Shown here one piece after another: positions 56,873 to 64,000 of a DNA stretch of 64,000 nt. Position numbers and translations under genes: made by a program. This stretch comes from Thermodesulfobacteriota bacterium. Lineage in GTDB: Bacteria > Desulfobacterota_D > UBA1144 > Nemesobacterales > Mycalebacteriaceae. The stretch covers positions 1,344,001-1,408,000 of the forward strand of contig OZ245366.1 of assembly GCA_965226585.1 (NCBI GenBank), in the 5' to 3' direction. The notes beneath the pieces are model-generated. The model worked only from the letters and a program-made list of their open reading frames with translations, made no database searches and was not told the origin of the DNA. The first letter of the stretch is position 1; every line of letters starts with the position of its first letter.

Positions 56873-58001
56873 TCAATATCTCAGCCGCTTTCTCCATACC
56901 GGCTCCAAAGTCAAAATTGTGTCCCATTTTCGCGAGAACCTGCTCAACTGCGGAAATTACGGCAATTGTGTCTGACTTGTCTATGTAGCCTATGTGAGAA
57001 ACCCTGAATATCTTTCCCTTCGCCTGATCCTGCCCTCCGGCAACCGTCATTTTGAAGTCGTCTTTAAGCGCTTTTATAACCGGACCCGCGCCAATTTCAG
57101 GCGGGGCTATCGCAACCGACAAAGCCGGGCTTGGCTCATCTTTTGTGAACAGTTCCATGTTCATCGCCTCAAACGCGCTTCTTGTCGCAAGAGAGAAAAC
57201 CCGGTGGCGGTTGTGCATATTTTCAAGCCCTTCGGAAACAAACATCTTCAACACCTCAGACAGCCCGCGTATAAGACTTACCGCCGGTGTCCACGGGGTT
57301 GTGTTCTTGTCCGCGCTCTTGAGGGCGGCGGCAAAATCAAAGTAAAACTTCGGAAGATCTGAACGTTTGTTGAACTCCCACGCCTTGCCGCTCATCGCGG
57401 CAAACGCAAGACCGGGGGGAAGCATAAACGCCTTCTGCGAGCCCGCCACAAGCACATCTATGCCAAGTTCGTCAAAAGGAAGCGGAAAAGCGCCGACCGC
57501 CGTTATGCCGTCCACTATCAGAATCACATCATCTCTTTCGCGTGTAATTGCGGCTATCTCCGCCGTGGGGTTTTTAATGCCGGTTGAAGTTTCGCTCGCC
57601 TGCATCAAAACGGCGCGGACGGACGGGTCTTTCTCCAATTTTTCGCGTATAAGCGCGGGGTCTGCCGCCCTTCCCCATTCAACCTCTATCTCATCGCACT
57701 CTATACCGAAAGCGCGGCAAATTTTTCCCCATCTTTCGCCGAATTTTCCGCTGTTGACGACTATGGCTTTGTCTCCCCGGCAAAGCGTGTTGGAAACCGC
57801 CGCCTCCATCGCCCCCGTTCCGGAAGACGCGAGAATCATAACCTCGCGTGATGTGCAGAATATGTATTTCAGGTCGCTTCTGACCTTCTCCATTATCGCC
57901 TCAAATTCGGCGGTTCTGTGGTGGATGATGGGTCTTGCCATCTCAATCAGAGCACCGCTTGGCACGGGCACGGGACCGGGTGTAAAAACGTAGTCTTTCA
58001 A
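56862..58001 (-). CDS. Class V PLP aminotransferase (alanine-glyoxylate / serine-pyruvate family)
   Basis: FTPGPVP, HHRT, SSGTGAMEAA, GKFGERW, ETSTG and GSQKAFMLPPG motifs; TTG start after AGGAGAGG. Confidence 0.92.
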   Translation of the reverse strand: MKDYVFTPGPVPVPSGALIEMARPIIHHRTAEFEAIMEKVRSDLKYIFCTSREVMILASSGTGAMEAAVSNTLCRGDKAIVVNSGKFGERWGKICRAFGIECDEIEVEWGRAADPALIREKLEKDPSVRAVLMQASETSTGIKNPTAEIAAITRERDDVILIVDGITAVGAFPLPFDELGIDVLVAGSQKAFMLPPGLAFAAMSGKAWEFNKRSDLPKFYFDFAAALKSADKNTTPWTPAVSLIRGLSEVLKMFVSEGLENMHNRHRVFSLATRSAFEAMNMELFTKDEPSPALSVAIAPPEIGAGPVIKALKDDFKMTVAGGQDQAKGKIFRVSHIGYIDKSDTIAVISAVEQVLAKMGHNFDFGAGMEKAAEILNDG

Positions 58002-58149
58002 ATTCCTCTCCTTGTTTTCATGCGGCAAAACCGCGCGGAAATTTCACAATCAGTATTTTAACAGACAAGTTGCGGTTTCCAATTGCCCGCGCGCGGTTGC
58101 GCTTTGGGGCTTAATTCGCCATTCTTGTTGCGGCGGAACGCTCCGGAAA

Positions 58150-59043
58150 ATGACGGAAGACGGGAAAAAATATAAATTCGGTTTCGTATCGGTTGTCGGC
58201 GGAACAAATGTGGGAAAATCCACCCTTGTCAACACCCTCGTGGGGCGCAAGGTTTGCGCCACTTCGCCCAAACCCAACACAACGCGAAGCCGCATAAACG
58301 GGATATTCACGGACTCTGAAGCGCAGATAGTTTTTACCGACACTCCCGGAATTGTGCGCCCTGTGGGGCGGCTGAGGCAGAGGATGACGGCTGAGGGGCT
58401 GAGCGCGCTTGAAAACGGGGTTACCCTTGTGGTTACGGACGCCACATCGCCTTTCGGCGGCGGAGAGGTGAAGGCGATTTCAGAGTCGTCCCGTCCGGTA
58501 ACGGTCGCGATTAACAAAACAGACATTGCGGGGGCAAAGGCGGTGCTTGAAACGATAAAAGCGGGCGAAAAGTTCGGGGATAAAATTGCCGAACTTGTTC
58601 CCGTTTCCGCCCTCAAGGATGACGGCATGGACACGCTTCTGCGGGTTCTCAAAAAATATCTGCCCGAAGGCGGGAAGAAATTTCCCGAAGGCGAAACCAC
58701 AGACCAGACCGAAAAGTTTGCCGCCTCTGAGTTTGTGAGGGAAAAAATCTTCCGCCTCACTCACGGCGAAGTGCCGTATGAATCCGCCGTTGCCGTCAGG
58801 GAAATACGCAGGGGCAGGGGAGGCAAAGGGCTCTACATAAACGCGGAAGTGTTTCTTGAAAAGGAGTCTCACAGGAAAATAGTGCTGGGGAAAAACGGGG
58901 CTATGATAAAGAAAATCGGCTCCCGCGCGCGGGAAGACATAGAGGAGTTTCTGGGAACAAAGGTTTTTCTTGAACTGAAAGTGCTGGTTAAGCCGGGATG
59001 GAGCAAAGACGGCGAGTTTCTGGACGAGATGTACGGCGGCTGA
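58150..59043 (+). CDS. era: GTPase Era
   Basis: GFVSVVGGTNVGKSTL, TTR, DTPG, NKTD, EVPY and a KH domain (VLGKNGAMIKKIG). Confidence 0.95.
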   Translation: MTEDGKKYKFGFVSVVGGTNVGKSTLVNTLVGRKVCATSPKPNTTRSRINGIFTDSEAQIVFTDTPGIVRPVGRLRQRMTAEGLSALENGVTLVVTDATSPFGGGEVKAISESSRPVTVAINKTDIAGAKAVLETIKAGEKFGDKIAELVPVSALKDDGMDTLLRVLKKYLPEGGKKFPEGETTDQTEKFAASEFVREKIFRLTHGEVPYESAVAVREIRRGRGGKGLYINAEVFLEKESHRKIVLGKNGAMIKKIGSRAREDIEEFLGTKVFLELKVLVKPGWSKDGEFLDEMYGG

Positions 59044-59060
59044 CAAACCGGCGGCGAATG

Positions 59061-59867
59061 CTACCGCCCTTTGAAAACGGGCTTTCTTTTTTCTGACACG
59101 GATGCGATACCCTCTTTGAAATCATCGCTTGCCTGCGCTTTCTCAAGGGCTTTCTTCACCGCTTTTTCATCAGACGGGAGCAGATTTTGCGAACGCGAAA
59201 GAGCGTTCAGCCCCAGTTTCGCGGCTTCCGTTGAAAGCGGCGCGCCTTCCGCTATGCGGCGCGCAGTCTCAAAGGTTTTTTCTTTTAGAGATTCCGAAGA
59301 GACAACCTCGCTCACAAGCCCCGTTTCAAAAGCCTCCTGCGCCGTAACGGGCTGAGCCGTAAAGAGCATCCTCTTCGCGTTTGAAACCCCGGCGGCGCGG
59401 GCAATCCTCTCAAGCCCCGAAAGCGGATACGCTATGCCCAGTTTCGCGGGAGGCATGGAAAATGTGGAGTCGGCAGAGCAGATTATGAAATCACATGCGG
59501 CGGCAAGCTCAAGCCCTCCGCCCACGGCATAGCCCTCCACCATCGCCACCACCGGACGCGGAAACCGCTCTATCGCATCGCAAGCGGCGGCAAGGGGATG
59601 CGCGGGAGCAACGTAGTCTCTAACCATGTCGCGCTCTCCTATGAAGGAAAAATCGTAGCCCGATGAAAACGCCTTTCCTCCCCTTCCCGACAGCACAACA
59701 CAGCGGACTGCGCCATCTTTCTCAAACTTCTTGAGCGCGCTTACTATACCGCCAAGCAAGCCGGGGCTGAGCGAGTTTCTTTTTTCCGATCTGTTGATTT
59801 CAACCGACGCCACCGCGCCTGACACCTCAACAACCAGTCCGGGGCTTTTTTTCTGCTGTAAATTCAA
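59061..59867 (-). CDS. Enoyl-CoA hydratase/isomerase family protein
   Basis: INRSEKRNSL, AFSSGYD, GYAVGGGLELA and DFKEG…EKRKPVFKGR motifs. Confidence 0.92.
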   Translation of the reverse strand: MNLQQKKSPGLVVEVSGAVASVEINRSEKRNSLSPGLLGGIVSALKKFEKDGAVRCVVLSGRGGKAFSSGYDFSFIGERDMVRDYVAPAHPLAAACDAIERFPRPVVAMVEGYAVGGGLELAAACDFIICSADSTFSMPPAKLGIAYPLSGLERIARAAGVSNAKRMLFTAQPVTAQEAFETGLVSEVVSSESLKEKTFETARRIAEGAPLSTEAAKLGLNALSRSQNLLPSDEKAVKKALEKAQASDDFKEGIASVSEKRKPVFKGR

Positions 59868-59920
59868 AGTGATACCCTTTCAAAAACGGCAAATATGTGT
59901 AAAAATAGCCGAGCACTATT

Positions 59921-60412
59921 ATGCCTATTTACGAATATGAATGCGAAGAGTGCGCCGACAGGTTCAACAAGGATATTTCAAGACTTGTTGAAGGGCTGAA
60001 CAAAAAAAACGCCTCATCCATAGCAAAGGAAAACCCCGGCTTTCTCTACATAGAGGTTACGAAAGAGAAAACGGGAAACGAAGTTTTCACCATCGGTGAG
60101 AAAACCCGCTCGCGCCTGCGCCGCAGATTCAGATACTCGGTTGACGGCGGAAAGGTGCTGTATCTGGAACTGAGAGACTTCAAATTCAGCGAACTTATGA
60201 GTCCCGGAGACCCCAACCCGGACTGCCCCGCTTGCGACAACGGAAAGGTGCGGAGAGTTCTTTCAACCTTCAAGGCGATATTTGACAAAAGAGACAGAGA
60301 GCCGGGTCCCGGAGACGATTTCGGGTGGCACAAAGACTACAAAGTGCAGAAAGACGAGGAACAGCAGAACTGGGTCGGACAGGATAATCTGAACCAGTAT
60401 TTTAAGAATTAG
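59921..60412 (+). CDS. FmdB-like zinc-ribbon protein with large internal insertion
   Basis: MPIYEYECEEC, 90 aa, CPACDNGKVRRVLS. Confidence 0.75.
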   Translation: MPIYEYECEECADRFNKDISRLVEGLNKKNASSIAKENPGFLYIEVTKEKTGNEVFTIGEKTRSRLRRRFRYSVDGGKVLYLELRDFKFSELMSPGDPNPDCPACDNGKVRRVLSTFKAIFDKRDREPGPGDDFGWHKDYKVQKDEEQQNWVGQDNLNQYFKN

Positions 60413-60421
60413 GAGCAAGTT

Positions 60422-60901
60422 ATGCCGCTTTTTGAATACGAATGCTCACCCTGCGGAAACAGCGTTGAAAAGGCGCTGGGCAAGATTATGAAAGACGGCG
60501 GAAAGTCTTTGTCCTCTGTCGTGAAGAACACGGCGGCGGTTCACAGCGCGCAGGTGATAAACATTGAAAAGGGAAAAATAGAAGCCGAAACCGGAAAGCC
60601 GGACAAAAACGGATATGAAATTGTGCGCTACTCCGAAGACGGTTTGAAGATGTTTCTGATGAACACGGTCGCGTTCCGGTTTTCGGAACTGATATACGAA
60701 AAAGGCGATGAGAAAAAGGTGAAATGCCCTTCATGCGGCTCTGCGAAGGCGAAGAAGCTTGTTTCATCGTTCTCGTTCACAAGCGACCTTTCAACCGATA
60801 TGCCCAAACCGGACCTCAGCAACCTTCCGCCGGAGGTGCGTAGCAAGATGCAACTGACGGGATACGTAGAGGAAAAAGACAGACCCAAGAAAAACAGGTA
60901 G
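60422..60901 (+). CDS. FmdB-like zinc-ribbon protein with large internal insertion (paralog)
   Basis: MPLFEYECSPC, 90 aa, CPSCGSAKAKKLVS; AGGAG ribosome-binding site. Confidence 0.75.
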   Translation: MPLFEYECSPCGNSVEKALGKIMKDGGKSLSSVVKNTAAVHSAQVINIEKGKIEAETGKPDKNGYEIVRYSEDGLKMFLMNTVAFRFSELIYEKGDEKKVKCPSCGSAKAKKLVSSFSFTSDLSTDMPKPDLSNLPPEVRSKMQLTGYVEEKDRPKKNR

Positions 60902-61022
60902 GAAGACGGAAAATATACTGAAATTTGTTCGTAAGCGTGTTGTCTATGTCCAAAATCTGTAATATCATTGCTCTGCTTTTTACAAGCAAAAGAACGCCGC
61001 TCCGATTGGCAAGGCAACCCCG

Positions 61023-63887
61023 ATGATACTGGAAGACCTTTTTCACGGCCCCAACTCAGCTGTTGTGGTTGAACTTTACAACCGCTATCTGGAAGACCCC
61101 GGCTCAGTTGACCCTGAAACGCGCGCCCTGTTTGATGCGTGGTCTCCGCTCAGAAGCGGCTCGGCGGCAAACGGCTCATCCGCCCGGCCGGCACAGGCGG
61201 CGGAAGCGGGCGGCACAGAGGCGGCGGATTCATCAAGTATGGCGGGTGTGGCAAATCTCGCGCAGGCGATACGGCTCAACGGACACCTTGAAAGCAAAAT
61301 AGACCCTCTGGGAAATCCCCCCAAAGAAGACCGGCTTCTAAACCTTAAGTTTTACGGAGTTACGGAGAAACAGGCGGCCGCTCTTCCGGCGTCAATAATC
61401 AAAAGCCCGGCGGCGAGGGGATGCTCAAACGCCCTTCAGGTTATTGAAAAAATGAAAGAGATTTACTCCTCTTTTTCCGGCTACGATTTTCAGCACATCT
61501 ACTATTCGCAAGAGCGTCTGTGGATGATAAACGCCGTGGAATCGGGCAAGTTCAGACCCCCCGTCAGCCCGGTTGACATGAAGCACACTCTGGAACAACT
61601 GTCCAAAGTGGAAGCGCTTGAAAAGTTTCTGCACAAGGTGTTTCCGGGCAAATTCCGCTTCTCCATTGAAGGCGTGGATATGCTGGTGCCGATGCTCAAC
61701 GAGTTTATGCTTCTGGCGTCAAATTCGGGCGTTTATCACGTAACGATGGGAATGGCGCACAGGGGGCGGCTCAATGTGATGCACAACGTGATGGACAAGC
61801 CGTACGACCAGTCTCTTGTGAAGTTCAAAGACCCCGTGCACGAAAGAGATTTCAGAGACGACATGGGCTGGACGGGCGATGTGAAATACCACGAGGGGGC
61901 TACAAAACCGCTTAAACTCAACGGAAACGGCGCGGCGGCGTCTGAAGTGCTGGAGATAGTTCTGGCTCCAAACCCCAGCCACCTTGAATCGGTTAATCCG
62001 GTTATTCAGGGAATGGCGCGGGCATCCGGAACGGAATCATCATCCGCCGGCGCTCCGGAGTTTGACCTGAAATACTCCATGCCCGTTATCGTCCACGGAG
62101 ACGCCGCGTTTCCCGGACAGGGCATAAACGCCGAAACGCTCAACATGTCTCTCATTCCGGGATACAGAACGGGCGGAACTCTGCACATAATAACGAACAA
62201 CCAGATCGGCTACACCACCATTCCGTCTGACAGCAGAAGCACGCTCTATTCAAGCGACCTTGTGAAAGGGTTTGAGGTGCCGGTAATCCACGTCAACGCA
62301 GACCATCCGGAGGCGTGCGCCGAGGCGATAAGAATCGCGTTCGCCTACATAAGAGAGTTCAACAAGGATTTTCTGATAGACATCGTGGGATACCGCAGAC
62401 ACGGGCACAACGAGGGAGACGAGCCCGGTTTCACACAGCCCCTGCTTTACGACAACATCAGAAAGCACCCGACCGCAAGGGAAATTCTCGCCGCCCGGTG
62501 CGCGGAGGACGGAACGGTTGAAAAGGCGGATTCAGACAAGATGTTTGAAGACCAGATTGAAAGCCTGACACAGATATTTGAATCTCTTCCGGCAAGCATG
62601 GAAGAAGGAGACCGCAACATTGTGGTTCCCGAACAGGGGATTGCGAGGAAAGTCAAAACCGCGTTCTCTGCGGCAAAACTGAAAGAGATAAATAAGTCCC
62701 TTCTTGAGATGCCCGAAGGGTTCACGATGAACGGCAAGGTGCGCAAATCCCGCGAAAAACGGCTCACGGCTTTGAAAGACTCGCAAACCCCCTCGGTTGA
62801 CTGGGCAACGGGAGAGGAGATGTGCTACGCATCCATACTGGCGGACGGAATTCCCGTCAGGTTCACCGGGCAGGACTGCCAGAGGGGAACGTTCAGCCAT
62901 CGCCACGCCGTTCTTCACGATTCCGTTACGGGCAAAGAATTTGTGCCGCTTCAGGAAATTCCGCAGGCAAAAGCGTCTTTTGAGATTATCAACAGCCCGC
63001 TCACAGAAAACGCCTGCATCGGTTTTGAATACGGATACAGCATTCAGAGAACAGACACGCTTGTAATTTGGGAGGCGCAATACGGCGACTTCATAAACGG
63101 AGCGCAGCCGCTTATAGACGAATACGTTGTCTCCGCCCGTTCCAAGTGGGGGCAGTATCCTTCGCTTGTTCTGCTTCTGCCTCACGCCTACGAAGGGCAG
63201 GGACCCGACCACTCAAGCGCGCGGCTTGAAAGGTTTCTCGCAATGGCGGCGGAAAAAAACATGAGAATTGTGAACTGCACCACTTCCGCGCAGTTCTTTC
63301 ACGTTATGAGGAGGCAGGCGCTTCTGCTTGAAAAAGATCCGCTTCCGCTTGTCGTGATGACACCCAAGGGACTGCTGAGAAACCCGCTTGTGTCGTCATC
63401 GCTGAAAGAGTTTTCATCGGGCGGATTTATGCCCGTCATAGACGACCCGGTTGACGCGCGCGGAGCGAAGAAAGTCCGCAGGGTGGTTCTGTGCAGCGGA
63501 AAGGTGGCGGTAGACCTTGAGATGTCGGAACTGAGGAAGAAACACCCGGAAGTGGCGATAGTGAGAGTGGAGCAGCTTTACTATGCTCCGGTTGATGAAA
63601 TAGAGGCGGCGGTTGAGAGATACACGGGAGTAAAAGAACTGCTTTGGCTCCAGGAAGAGCCGGTAAACATGGGCGCGTGGGACTTTATGAGCCCAATTTT
63701 GCGCAAGATGGCGCACGCGAGAAAGATACCGCTCAGTTTCCTCGGGAGGCGGCGCAACTCAAGTCCGGCGGAAGGTTCGCTTTCCATGCACAAGGTTAAT
63801 CAGGCTATACTTATTGAACAGGCGTTCAAGACCGAGGAAAATGAGAACATAGAAAAAAGCGGAATTGTGATAGTAAATGATGTTTAA
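61023..63887 (+). CDS. sucA: 2-oxoglutarate dehydrogenase E1
   Basis: RFSIEG, GMAHRGRLN, GDVKYH, NPSHLE, HGDAAFPGQG, GHNEGDEP, WEAQYGDF and GQGPDHSSARLERFL motifs. Confidence 0.97.
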   Translation: MILEDLFHGPNSAVVVELYNRYLEDPGSVDPETRALFDAWSPLRSGSAANGSSARPAQAAEAGGTEAADSSSMAGVANLAQAIRLNGHLESKIDPLGNPPKEDRLLNLKFYGVTEKQAAALPASIIKSPAARGCSNALQVIEKMKEIYSSFSGYDFQHIYYSQERLWMINAVESGKFRPPVSPVDMKHTLEQLSKVEALEKFLHKVFPGKFRFSIEGVDMLVPMLNEFMLLASNSGVYHVTMGMAHRGRLNVMHNVMDKPYDQSLVKFKDPVHERDFRDDMGWTGDVKYHEGATKPLKLNGNGAAASEVLEIVLAPNPSHLESVNPVIQGMARASGTESSSAGAPEFDLKYSMPVIVHGDAAFPGQGINAETLNMSLIPGYRTGGTLHIITNNQIGYTTIPSDSRSTLYSSDLVKGFEVPVIHVNADHPEACAEAIRIAFAYIREFNKDFLIDIVGYRRHGHNEGDEPGFTQPLLYDNIRKHPTAREILAARCAEDGTVEKADSDKMFEDQIESLTQIFESLPASMEEGDRNIVVPEQGIARKVKTAFSAAKLKEINKSLLEMPEGFTMNGKVRKSREKRLTALKDSQTPSVDWATGEEMCYASILADGIPVRFTGQDCQRGTFSHRHAVLHDSVTGKEFVPLQEIPQAKASFEIINSPLTENACIGFEYGYSIQRTDTLVIWEAQYGDFINGAQPLIDEYVVSARSKWGQYPSLVLLLPHAYEGQGPDHSSARLERFLAMAAEKNMRIVNCTTSAQFFHVMRRQALLLEKDPLPLVVMTPKGLLRNPLVSSSLKEFSSGGFMPVIDDPVDARGAKKVRRVVLCSGKVAVDLEMSELRKKHPEVAIVRVEQLYYAPVDEIEAAVERYTGVKELLWLQEEPVNMGAWDFMSPILRKMAHARKIPLSFLGRRRNSSPAEGSLSMHKVNQAILIEQAFKTEENENIEKSGIVIVNDV

Positions 63888-63916
63888 TGACGGAGAAAAA
63901 AGAGGGAGGATATAGA

Positions 63917-64000
63917 ATGGCGACGGCAATTGTAGTTCCGGAACTTGGAGACTCAGTCATAGACGCAACTGTTGTGAAGTGGCTCAAACAAAAAGGTGAC
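63917..64000 (+). CDS. sucB: Dihydrolipoamide succinyltransferase E2, 5' end only
   Basis: MATAIVVPELGDSVIDATVVKWLKQKGD lipoyl-domain start, after a GGAGG site and directly downstream of sucA. Confidence 0.88.
   Translation, partial: MATAIVVPELGDSVIDATVVKWLKQKGD

Noticed and set aside
44163..58028. Longer ORF-track starts for the methyltransferase (45485), purD (47538), ccmA (52291), epimerase (52186), 54324, era (58012) and the aminotransferase (58028)
   Set aside because: The extensions overlap neighbours or promoters and lack family similarity; downstream starts match known N-termini or ribosome-binding sites.
1..64000. tRNA, rRNA or riboswitch (including a glmS ribozyme)
   Set aside because: None recognised by eye; glmS overlaps the glmU stop and has no leader. 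A covariance-model scan would be needed to exclude small RNAs.

Overview
Bacterial chromosome segment from a diderm (outer-membrane autotransporters, Ccm cytochrome c maturation); taxon not determinable with confidence. The left half (1-31290) is a tandem cluster of five large minus-strand autotransporter-like adhesin genes (AT1-AT5; AT1 runs off the left edge) with T/V/A/G/N-rich 'VW' beta-helix repeats. The cluster is punctuated by one family of CGTC-type palindromic repeats (REP/dRS3-like). These form two intergenic tandem arrays (9 and 5 units of ~113 bp) directly upstream of matching sigma70 promoters and one solo copy. They are also inserted in frame at the same linker position of three autotransporters, while a fourth keeps the empty site. 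The near-identical C-terminal halves of AT2 and AT5 stop matching at that in-frame repeat, suggesting repeat-guided passenger/barrel shuffling; this is the best candidate for an undescribed system. The right half is mostly housekeeping (fmt, aspS, hisIE, rpoZ, ssb, glmU, glmS, purD, ccmABC, aroC, era, sucA, start of sucB). It also holds an AT-rich defence islet after glmS (frameshifted DUF4145, OLD-like ATPase-TOPRIM, RHH-fused C5 methyltransferase with a divergent PD-(D/E)xK nuclease, AAA/DUF4143), a RAYT-type HUH protein lacking its catalytic Tyr, a lipoprotein subtilase, and two FmdB-like zinc ribbons each split by a 90-aa segment. All calls were made by eye from the sequence and ORF track; no database searches were run.
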